NCBI GenBank assembly: GCA_965199715.1
Contig: OZ241322.1
Location: 2,112,001 to 2,176,000, forward strand
Reading direction: 5' to 3'
DNA length: 64,000 bases
DNA from: Vicinamibacteria bacterium
Lineage (GTDB): Bacteria > Acidobacteriota > Vicinamibacteria > Marinacidobacterales > Marinacidobacteraceae
This document shows positions 56,394-64,000 of the stretch, in pieces (position 1 is the stretch's first letter; each line of letters opens with the position of its first letter). The position numbers and the translations under genes were made by a program. Under the pieces are notes generated by a model that worked only from the letters and a program-made list of their open reading frames with translations, made no database searches and was not told the DNA's origin.

Positions 56394-58394
56394 CTACTCG
56401 GTCGCGTACTCCCAGAGCCGGAGCGCGTGCCGGGTCAGCGCCGGCAGGTCCTCGCCGAGGAGATAGCCCTCGTCGATGAGCCGCAGCGCCGCCTCGGTGA
56501 ACCGCCCGAGATAGTCCTCCCGGCTCGCGTACCGCTCGGCGATGGACCGGCGGGGATCGCCGGCCGCTTCCCGTTCGGCCGCGTCCTTCGGGAACGGGAC
56601 GAACGAGCCGACCATGCTGGAGAGCTCGTCCGGGGGGCCCGACTCCTCGTTGAAGAGGTTCCACCCGGTGTAGGTCGCGAGCGGAACCTCGATCTCCGGG
56701 AGCCGGACGCCCGAGGTCTCGTTTCCGTCGGCGTCCACCGCCGAGACGCGGATCGGGAACCGCCGTCCGATCTTGGGCGGCTCCTCGGTCACGATCCCCC
56801 GGGTCAGGAAGTCGGGGCCGTAGTCGGCCCGGTAGGCGTAGTGGACCCGATCCGACGTGCTCACTCCCGGGATTTCGGGGAAGCCGAGTTCCTCGGCGGC
56901 GACCGCCGTTCCCTCCTCCACGCTCGGATACCGGCTCTCGGGAGGCATGCCGCCGCCCCGCGCCCAATCGTCGAGCGCCAGCAGCAGCGCCCGCTGGCCC
57001 CAGCGGAAGTTGTTCGGGTTCGCGAGCTGCTGGCCGAGCGTGACCCCCGGCGGGAACCCGGACGGCCCGTGCTGGGTGCCGGCGTACATGTACACCCGCA
57101 CGTGATCCGGGATCCGGGCGTCCTCGCCGGCGTCGATCGTGGTGTGGACGAGGCTCGCGGCCCGGCCCCAGTACTCGTAGGACGAGTTCGTGTAGAAGAC
57201 CCGCGGGTAGAAGCGTTCCTCCTGCCGGGTGAGCAAGCCGGCGGTCATCCCGGTGTCGGGGTCGGTCTGCTCGACGTCGGTGAACGGGAAGATGTCCGTC
57301 GGGTGGAACTGGTTGAGGTAGGGGTGGGCGTCCCGAGAGGCTTGGGCGAACCGATGGTTGAAGCTGCCGCGCCCGCCCCCGGCCACGTCCGAGAGCACGC
57401 CGTCGAACACGCGGCGGTCGCGCTCGTCCCGGTTGAACCCGTAGAAGAGGAAGGTCCGGAGGAAGCGCCCGCTCTGCGAGATGCCGAACCCGAGCGAGGC
57501 GTCGATGTCTCCCGCGCCGATACCGAGCTCCTCCGATCCGTCGTGGCGCAGCAGCGTCACGAAGTCGCGGATCCCCGCCGGGCCGAGCCCCACGAGCGGC
57601 GGATCGGCGGACCGATAGACCACTTCGTAGATGCGGTGCGGCTGGAACCCGCCCTCGATCCAGACCGATCCGCCGTCCTCGCCGAACCCCCACTGATCCC
57701 TCGGGATCACCTCGCGCTCGTCCTCCACGCGCCGCCGGACGGTCAGCACGTGCGCCGGATCGTCCGGGTCATGCACCTTGTAGGGACGGTGGTTGCGGTC
57801 GGCGAGCGTATGGCTCGGAGTCTCGCGGGTCACGACGAAGTCGGCCCGCATGGGGCCGGTGATGGACGACCCGTCCGGGTTCCTCGCGATCGGCGTCGTC
57901 ATCCGCATCCGCAGCGGGTCGTCGTCGGGGACGTCCCACTGCCAGCCCAGCCACAGCAGGGTGAAGCCGTGCCGCATCAGGAAGCCGTCCCCGAAGTGCT
58001 CCTCGGAGGCCGGCGCGAGGCTTCCCGCCGCCATGTTGAAGTAAGAGAGCAGCCCCTTGCGCCCCCGGTTGTTCACCTCCAGCAGCAGCGTGCCCCGGCC
58101 CTTCTCCATGACCAGCGGACGCAGCAGGTGGAAGTCGGCGGACATCTCGACCCGTCCGTCCGCCCCGGTCGGGGCGAGGTCGATGTCCGCGATGATCCGG
58201 TTCGCCGGATTCGCCGGGTCGAACGCGAAGTGGACCGTGCCCACGATGCGTTCGTAGCCGCCAGCGAGTCCGAAGGCCCGCCCGCCGAGCACTTCCGAGC
58301 GCTCGGCGATCTCGAAACGGACGACCTCCGCGGCCGCGGGAGCGGCGAGCAGCGCGAGCGCCAGCGCGATCCTGATTCTTGTGAGCGTCATCAT
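56394..58394 (-). CDS. Exported alpha/beta-hydrolase-domain protein
   Basis: Signal peptide, EVNNRG, GWQWD, GISQSGRFLR (GxSxSG), EYWGR and GTQH. Confidence 0.8.
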   Translation of the reverse strand: MMTLTRIRIALALALLAAPAAAEVVRFEIAERSEVLGGRAFGLAGGYERIVGTVHFAFDPANPANRIIADIDLAPTGADGRVEMSADFHLLRPLVMEKGRGTLLLEVNNRGRKGLLSYFNMAAGSLAPASEEHFGDGFLMRHGFTLLWLGWQWDVPDDDPLRMRMTTPIARNPDGSSITGPMRADFVVTRETPSHTLADRNHRPYKVHDPDDPAHVLTVRRRVEDEREVIPRDQWGFGEDGGSVWIEGGFQPHRIYEVVYRSADPPLVGLGPAGIRDFVTLLRHDGSEELGIGAGDIDASLGFGISQSGRFLRTFLFYGFNRDERDRRVFDGVLSDVAGGGRGSFNHRFAQASRDAHPYLNQFHPTDIFPFTDVEQTDPDTGMTAGLLTRQEERFYPRVFYTNSSYEYWGRAASLVHTTIDAGEDARIPDHVRVYMYAGTQHGPSGFPPGVTLGQQLANPNNFRWGQRALLLALDDWARGGGMPPESRYPSVEEGTAVAAEELGFPEIPGVSTSDRVHYAYRADYGPDFLTRGIVTEEPPKIGRRFPIRVSAVDADGNETSGVRLPEIEVPLATYTGWNLFNEESGPPDELSSMVGSFVPFPKDAAEREAAGDPRRSIAERYASREDYLGRFTEAALRLIDEGYLLGEDLPALTRHALRLWEYATE

Positions 58395-58984
58395 GCCTCC
58401 CCGCCGTGCGCCAGCGCCGCGGTCGCCCGAGTGCGGATGTTTCCGCCGGGGCGTTTTGACAGGAAGACCTTGGACTCCCTGTTCTCGATTGGATTCGCCT
58501 CGTACTTGATCACGTCGAAGCGCAGACGGGTGAGCGTCGCCCGCATTTCGTAGTAGCGGTTCTTGGTCTTGACCACGATCTCCCGGAAGCCCTTCTCGAC
58601 CGCCCAGTCCTCGACGTGCTCGGAAAGCGCCCGGAAGTGGCCCTGCCCGCGCCAGTCGCTGCGGGTGCCGCCAAGCCAGGCGTACAGGATGCGCTGCCCG
58701 GCGAAGCGCACCGCCCCGTCGAGGCCGTCCACCAGCTCGGCGAGCTTCGGGTCTTCCTCGCGGGCTTCGATCTCGTGGACGACCCGGTAGGAGACCGGGA
58801 CCAGCTGGCTCGGATCCTCGGGCAGCGGCGCCTCGACCATGAAGATGCCGTGCTCGCGTCCGGCGAGCCGGCTGCGGATCTCCCAGGCGTCCTTCTTCCG
58901 GTCGAACTCGCCGAAGAACTCCTCGATGAACTGGATCTCGAGGGCGCCGCGCTCCAGCGGGTACTGGCGAATCCGGTGCTCCAC
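58391..58984 (-). CDS. GNAT-family N-acetyltransferase
   Basis: YAWLGGTRSDWRGQG (motif A) and VKTKNRYYEM. Confidence 0.75.
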   Translation of the reverse strand: MEHRIRQYPLERGALEIQFIEEFFGEFDRKKDAWEIRSRLAGREHGIFMVEAPLPEDPSQLVPVSYRVVHEIEAREEDPKLAELVDGLDGAVRFAGQRILYAWLGGTRSDWRGQGHFRALSEHVEDWAVEKGFREIVVKTKNRYYEMRATLTRLRFDVIKYEANPIENRESKVFLSKRPGGNIRTRATAALAHGGEA

Positions 58985-58988
58985 CGGG

Positions 58989-60257
58989 TCAGCTTCCGAA
59001 CGGCCGGAGGCGGGCGCGGGCGCCGAGATCCTCCTCGATGCGCAGCAGCTCGTTGTACTTCGCGACCCGCTCGCCCCGGCACGGAGCGCCCGACTTGATC
59101 TGCCCCGCGCCGGTCGCGACCGCGAGGTGCGCGATCGTCGCGTCGCCGGTGTCTCCCGAGCGGTGGCTGAGCATCGCCCCGAAGCCCGCGGCCGCCGCCC
59201 GGCGGACGACCGCGAGCGTCTCGCTGAGGGTGCCCACCTGGTTCGGCTTCACGAGCACTGCGTTCGCCGCCCGTTCCTGGATCCCCCGCTCCAGCCGGTC
59301 GAGCTGGGTCACGAAGAGGTCGTCGCCGACGAGCTGCGCCTCGCCGCCGAGCGCCGCCGAGAGCTGCGTCCACCCCTCCCAGTCGTCCTGGTCGAGCCCG
59401 TCCTCGATCGACAGGATCGGCCAGCGCCCGACCCAGTCGCGATAGAGGTCGATCATGTCCGACGCGCTCCGCTCGGACCCGCCGTAGCGGTACGCGCCGT
59501 CCCGGTGGAACTCGCTCGCCGCGACGTCCAGTGCGAGCCCGACGTCCTCGCCGGGCCGCAGTCCGGCGGCCTCGACCGCCTCGACCAGCAGGTCGAGCGC
59601 CGCCTCCGCCGAATCGATCCGCGGCGCGAAGCCCCCCTCGTCGCCGACCCCGGTCCCCAGACCCCGATCCCGGAGCCGGTCGCCGAGCGCGTGGTGGACC
59701 CGGACTCCCGCCTCGAGCGCGTCCGAAAAGCGCGAGAACCCGAGCGGCGCGACCATGAATTCCTGCACCTCGAGGCCGTTGTCGGCGTGCGCCCCGCCGT
59801 TCAGCACGTTCAGGAACGGGATCGGGAGCGCGTCGGCCACGACCCCGCCGAGCCAGCGGTACAGCGGAACGTCCGCCGCGTCCGCCGCGGCGCGCGCGTT
59901 CGCGAGCGAGACTGCGAGGATCGCGTTCGCGCCGAGGCCCGACCGGTCCGGCGTTCCGTCCAGCTCGACGAGCAGCGCGTCGATCACGTCCTGGTCGCCG
60001 GCGTCCTCCCCGACGAGCTCCGCCGCGATCCGGTCCCGCACCGACTCCACCGCGCTCCGGACCCCGCGCCCCCGGTAGCGGTCGGGGTCGCGATCGCGCC
60101 GTTCGACCGCCTCGTGCCGCCCGGTCGAGGCCCCGGCGGGGGCCGCCGCCCGTCCGACGGCGCCGCCGACGAGGCGCACCTCGGCCTCGATCGTCGGGTT
60201 CCCCCGCGAATCCAGAATCTCGCGCGCGAGCACGTCGTCGATGAACCGCTCCTGCAT
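58989..60257 (-). CDS. eno: Enolase
   Basis: AREILDSRGNPT, GASTG, NGGAH, QEFM, GDEGGFAP, DVAASEF, VGDDL, KPNQ, SHRSG and RVAKYN. Confidence 0.95.
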   Translation of the reverse strand: MQERFIDDVLAREILDSRGNPTIEAEVRLVGGAVGRAAAPAGASTGRHEAVERRDRDPDRYRGRGVRSAVESVRDRIAAELVGEDAGDQDVIDALLVELDGTPDRSGLGANAILAVSLANARAAADAADVPLYRWLGGVVADALPIPFLNVLNGGAHADNGLEVQEFMVAPLGFSRFSDALEAGVRVHHALGDRLRDRGLGTGVGDEGGFAPRIDSAEAALDLLVEAVEAAGLRPGEDVGLALDVAASEFHRDGAYRYGGSERSASDMIDLYRDWVGRWPILSIEDGLDQDDWEGWTQLSAALGGEAQLVGDDLFVTQLDRLERGIQERAANAVLVKPNQVGTLSETLAVVRRAAAAGFGAMLSHRSGDTGDATIAHLAVATGAGQIKSGAPCRGERVAKYNELLRIEEDLGARARLRPFGS

Positions 60258-60290
60258 GCCGCCGGGCGCAAACGGTATCGCGGGTTGCGG

Positions 60291-60319
60291 TTGACAGGGA
60301 GCCGCCGGCGCGATTCACT
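60291..60319 (+). promoter_or_regulatory. Sigma70-type promoter TTGACA-N17-TTCACT
   Basis: Perfect -35 at 60291, 17-nt spacer, and a -10-like hexamer 9 nt before GTG 60329. Confidence 0.5.
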
Positions 60320-60328
60320 TCCTGTGCT

Positions 60329-62158
60329 GTGGGACGTTTCTCCGCTGGCCTTGGCGCGCTCGGTCTCCTGCTCGCGCCCGCCGCCTCCGCCGAGGAGGAG
60401 AAGCCCGTCCTGATGGCCCGCGCCGCGCTCGCGGGCGACGGCTCCCCGACCGCGCTGCCGGTCTCGTCGAACGTGCCGGTGCTCGCCGAAATCGCCGGCG
60501 TCGTGGCCACCGAGTCCGGCCAGCCGCTTCCGGGCGCGCTCGTCGCCGTGGCCGGCGAGGACGACGGGGTCTCCCACTTCGCCGTGACCGACGCCGAGGG
60601 CCGCTTCCGCATCCAGGAATCCGCCCCCGGCCGGTACAGCCTGCGCGCCTACCTCGCCGGCTTCCTGCCCTCGCCCGAGGCGCTGGTGCGCGTCGGCTCC
60701 GGCGTGGCCGCCGCGAACACGCTGCTGCTGCGGATGGCCGCAGTCGCCGCGCAACCCTCCGCCGGGTCGCTCTCCGAGCTTCGCTGGCTGCTCCAGCGCG
60801 GCCGCCGGCACGTCCTGAAGGAGCGCGAGGCGGCGCTGCGGCTCGACGACGACCCGTTCGACCTCGGCTGGAACGCGGGCCGCTCGCCGACCCCCGACGC
60901 GCTCGGCGGCGAGTTCGGGTTCTTCGCCGCTTCGGGCAGCACGCTCGGATTCTCCGAGGGCGCGGCCGTGGACTCCGGCGTCGCCTACACCCGCTTCGAG
61001 CTGCCCTCGACCGCGCGCGGCGACTGGGAAGCGGAAGTACGGCTCATGGAGTCGGCGATGGCCTCGTGGGCCGTGAACCTCTCCTACGCGATGGACGAGT
61101 TCGACAACCACGCGCCGTCGGCGGGCATCGGCTACCAGCGTCACACCTACCGCGACGCCGGCGGCTTCCGGCCCCCGGAGGCGCCGATCCTCGACGCCGA
61201 CCTCCTCCACGCCGAGGAGGCCGAGTGGGACGGCGCGGCGTTCGTGGCCGACGAGTTCACGATGGGCCGCACCACGGTGAGCACCGGGCTCACCTACCGC
61301 CGCTTCTCCTTCCTCGGCGGCCGCAGCGGCCTCGCGCCCCGGGCGGTCGTCGAGTACTGGCCCACCGACCGCTGGACGATTCTCTCCGGCATGGCGGTGC
61401 GGGTGGACGCGCCGCTCGGCGACGATCCGGCGCTGCTGTCCAGGGTCGCGCGGGCGGATCTCCTCGCGGTGGATCCGGAGCAGATCCGGCGCTCGGAGGC
61501 GCAGCGCAGCGCCCGTTGGCAGGCCGGCGTGAACCGCGTCCTCGACGAGGGGACCACGCTCGGCGTGCGGGTCTTCCGCGAGAACACCACCGACCAGTTG
61601 ATGCGGACCTTCGAGTCGCGGCCGTACGGCGGCGGGCGGTTCCACATCCGGGACGCGGGCGACTTCGCCGCCGAGGGCTTCGCGGTCGATCTGATCCGGG
61701 AGGCGTCGCCGGTGAACCGCCGGCTCGAGGTCGGCGGGCGCATCTCGTGGGTCATGGCCGTCGTGCGGGAGACCGGCGCCGGCGCCGCCGAGTCCTTCGG
61801 CGGGATGCGCGCTCCGGTCGGCCTTCTGATCCCGGTGGACGGCGCCCGCATCCACGACCTCTCCGCCGAGTTCGACGCCCGGGTCCGGCCCACCGGAACC
61901 CGGCTCCACGCCGCGTACCGGCTGATGAGCCACCCCGGCCTCATCGTGGGGTCGCAGGGCGACGCATCCAGCGCCCGGTTCGAGCTGGAGCTGGTGCAGC
62001 TCATCCCGTTCGCGGACTGGAGCGGCACGGAATGGGAGCTGTCGGTCGCGGTGCGCGACCTCTTCTTCCAGGACCTGATGGGTCGCTCCCTGCTGGACGA
62101 GCTTGCGGTCGCCAACGCGCCGCGCCGGGTCGTGGGCGGCCTCGCCGTCCGCTTCTAG
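60329..62158 (+). CDS. Carboxypeptidase-regulatory-like domain plus outer-membrane beta-barrel protein
   Basis: Signal peptide, IAGVV..ESGQPLPGALV...TDAEGRF...PGRYSLRAYLAGF, amphipathic strands and a C-terminal VRF. Confidence 0.72.
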   Translation: MGRFSAGLGALGLLLAPAASAEEEKPVLMARAALAGDGSPTALPVSSNVPVLAEIAGVVATESGQPLPGALVAVAGEDDGVSHFAVTDAEGRFRIQESAPGRYSLRAYLAGFLPSPEALVRVGSGVAAANTLLLRMAAVAAQPSAGSLSELRWLLQRGRRHVLKEREAALRLDDDPFDLGWNAGRSPTPDALGGEFGFFAASGSTLGFSEGAAVDSGVAYTRFELPSTARGDWEAEVRLMESAMASWAVNLSYAMDEFDNHAPSAGIGYQRHTYRDAGGFRPPEAPILDADLLHAEEAEWDGAAFVADEFTMGRTTVSTGLTYRRFSFLGGRSGLAPRAVVEYWPTDRWTILSGMAVRVDAPLGDDPALLSRVARADLLAVDPEQIRRSEAQRSARWQAGVNRVLDEGTTLGVRVFRENTTDQLMRTFESRPYGGGRFHIRDAGDFAAEGFAVDLIREASPVNRRLEVGGRISWVMAVVRETGAGAAESFGGMRAPVGLLIPVDGARIHDLSAEFDARVRPTGTRLHAAYRLMSHPGLIVGSQGDASSARFELELVQLIPFADWSGTEWELSVAVRDLFFQDLMGRSLLDELAVANAPRRVVGGLAVRF

Positions 62159-62159
62159 C

Positions 62160-62184
62160 GGAACCCTTCGGCTTCCCCGACGTT
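62160..62184 (+). promoter_or_regulatory. Possible ECF-sigma promoter GGAAC-N16-CGTT
   Basis: GGAAC at 62160-62164 and CGTT at 62181-62184, upstream of the sensor gene. Confidence 0.3.
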
Positions 62185-62255
62185 CTCGTCAAGGGGGGGC
62201 TTCGCGTGCGCCGTCGCCGATCCGATAGACTGCATCGCTTCGAGAATTTGGATTG

Positions 62256-64000
62256 ATGCGCCGTCTTCGCTCGCTCCTCCCCGGCGGCGGCGTCCGGTCG
62301 CTGCTGGCGCTTTCGGCCACCGCGGCGCTGCTGGCGCTCGTCGCCGCCAACGTCGTCCGCCAGACCCGCGCCGAGGTCATGGACGACGGGGTCTTCTGGG
62401 GCGTCGAGCGGGGTTCGGTCGTCGCGCTCCGGGTCGAGGAGGGCGGAGCCGGCGCGGGAGCCGGCGTGCGGCCCGGCGACGCGCTGAGGGCGATCACCGA
62501 CGAGGCGGCCGGCGCCGTCATCATGGTCGAGTCCCCGGCGGACGTGCGCCGGGTGCTCGACCAGGCCGCCTCGGGCGCGCGTCTCCAGTACGTCCTGATG
62601 CGCGAGGGCGTGCGCCAGGGCCTGATGCTGCCGGTCGCCCCGCTGCCCCGGCAGAACCCGACGCTCTACTTCTTCCTCGTGCTGGTGGGGGTGTTCGCCG
62701 GCGGGGTGGGCACCTTCGTGTACGCCTTCCGCCGGGGCGCCTCGGCGGCCGCGCATTTCTACGGCCTGTGCGTGCTGTGGATGATGGCGTTCGCGTTCTC
62801 GTTCACCGGCGAGCTCGACTTCCTCGACCACTCGTTCTTCTGGCTGGACCGGATCGGGGTGCTGCTCTTCCCGCCGGTCTTCTTGCATCTGGCGCTCGCG
62901 TTCCCGAACCCGAGCCGCTTCCTCGCCGGACGGCCGCGCCTGCTCCGCTGGCTCTACTTGCCGTCGCTCGCGCTCCTCGTCGTCTCGCTGGCGTCGCGTC
63001 TCCTCTACTTCTCGCCGTTCGGGTGGGGGCCCGAGGTCATCACCGGCAGCGAGCGCCTGCTGGGACTCCTCGAGCCGGTGCTGTGGGCGATCTACTCGGT
63101 GGCCGCCTTCGCCGCATTCGTGGACGCCTGGACGCATTCCGAGAGCGTCACCGTCCGCAAGCAGCTCAAGTGGATCGTCTGGGGCACCGGCTGCGGCGCG
63201 CTGCCGTTCGCGGTGATCTACGCGCTCCCGTGGGCGACGGGACTGCCGACGACCCCGGAGATGGAGCTGTCGCTCATGCCGATGGCGCTCGTCCCGCTGT
63301 CGTTCGCGTACGCCATCGTCAAGTACCGGCTGATGGACGTGGAGATCCTGTTCAAGCGGGGTCTGCTCATCGCGTCGCTCATGGGGATCATCGCCGCCGT
63401 CTATCTGGCGGCCTACTTCCTCGGGACGAGCTACCTCGGCAGCGACGAGCACTCGCTGCTCATCGCGGTGCTCTCGGCGATCCTCGCAGCCCTGGTCGTG
63501 CCCGCGTTCCGCGATCGGGCGGAGCGGTTCATGGACCGCATGTTCTATCGGGAGAAGTACGACTTCCGCCGGGCGCTCGTCCACCTCGCCTCCGAGGTGA
63601 ACTCCCAGCTCGACCTCGAATCGCTCGGGCGGCGCCTCGTCGAGCGGATCGCCGAGACCTTCCGGTTGGACCGGGTGGCGCTGCTCACCGCTTCGGGCGC
63701 GTCCGCCCGCGACCTGCGCCTCCTTTCCGCCCACGGCGGCGACGGGGCCGACGCGGCCGCGCTCGAGGAGCTCGCCGGGACCGAGGTCGTCGCCCGGCGC
63801 CTGCGCTCCGACCGGGTCGCGTGGGTCGCCGACGTTCCGCCCGAAGGCGCGCAGTGGGTGCGCTGCGCGGTCCCGTGCGTCTCGCGGCGCGAGGTCGTGG
63901 GGGTGATCCTGCTGGGCGCGGCGCGAAGCGGGGAGGATCTCAGCACCGAGGATCTCGACCTCGTGCGGACCGTGGCGGCGCAGGCGGCGACCGCGCTCGC
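62256..64000 (+). CDS. PDZ + multi-TM + GAF membrane sensor (probable histidine kinase or phosphatase), 3' truncated
   Basis: Manual translation: MRRLRSLLPGGG..., DDGVFW, AGVRPGD.LRAI (PDZ), FLHLALAFP, RKQLKWIVWG, FAYAIVKYRLMDV, DRMFYREKYD and GAF-like GVILLG...LSTEDLDL. Confidence 0.82.
   Translation, partial: MRRLRSLLPGGGVRSLLALSATAALLALVAANVVRQTRAEVMDDGVFWGVERGSVVALRVEEGGAGAGAGVRPGDALRAITDEAAGAVIMVESPADVRRVLDQAASGARLQYVLMREGVRQGLMLPVAPLPRQNPTLYFFLVLVGVFAGGVGTFVYAFRRGASAAAHFYGLCVLWMMAFAFSFTGELDFLDHSFFWLDRIGVLLFPPVFLHLALAFPNPSRFLAGRPRLLRWLYLPSLALLVVSLASRLLYFSPFGWGPEVITGSERLLGLLEPVLWAIYSVAAFAAFVDAWTHSESVTVRKQLKWIVWGTGCGALPFAVIYALPWATGLPTTPEMELSLMPMALVPLSFAYAIVKYRLMDVEILFKRGLLIASLMGIIAAVYLAAYFLGTSYLGSDEHSLLIAVLSAILAALVVPAFRDRAERFMDRMFYREKYDFRRALVHLASEVNSQLDLESLGRRLVERIAETFRLDRVALLTASGASARDLRLLSAHGGDGADAAALEELAGTEVVARRLRSDRVAWVADVPPEGAQWVRCAVPCVSRREVVGVILLGAARSGEDLSTEDLDLVRTVAAQAATAL

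Noticed and set aside
58989-60257. Enolase deviations (PAGASTG, SHRSGDTGD) as a neofunctionalised paralog
   Set aside because: The catalytic and Mg-binding residues (S of GAST, H, E, E, D, K, R) appear retained.

Overview
High-GC (roughly 70% by eye) bacterial chromosomal segment. The gene content (PDZ-7TM-GAF sensor, DUF1592/DUF1552/ankyrin cassettes, paired M16 peptidases, TRAP transporter) suggests Acidobacteriota or a similar lineage, possibly a marine or sponge-associated symbiont; this is inference only. From left to right: a minus-strand operon (HemN-like radical SAM, flavin-dependent halogenase, two Na+:solute symporters, PLP decarboxylase); xth; a Fic remnant; a tandem duplication of a DUF1592 cytochrome c / DUF1552 / ankyrin cassette carrying perfectly identical, G-skewed blocks; MBL hydrolase; M16 peptidase pair; ggt; an argR-C-D-F'-B operon whose transcarbamylase looks succinyl-specific; several decayed defence genes (type III Res, two AAA_21 ATPases, DUF4276-like); a polyamine-type ABC transporter; CoA-transferase, SDR and aminotransferase genes; thiD-moaE-moaD; an mrfAB-like helicase/exonuclease pair; tandem tRNA-Ala(GGC) and tRNA-Sec(UCA); a TRAP operon; a convergent type II R-M-like pair; eno; an outer-membrane barrel; and a partial sensor protein. 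The strongest candidate for a new system is at 50764-51945: a 6-TM voltage-gated K+-channel-like protein with a degenerate selectivity filter (TAAGHAT instead of TTVGYGD), fused to a Schlafen/AlbA_2 nuclease-like domain with intact catalytic motifs, directly upstream of the two tRNA genes. All family assignments come from motif recognition by eye; no database searches were run.
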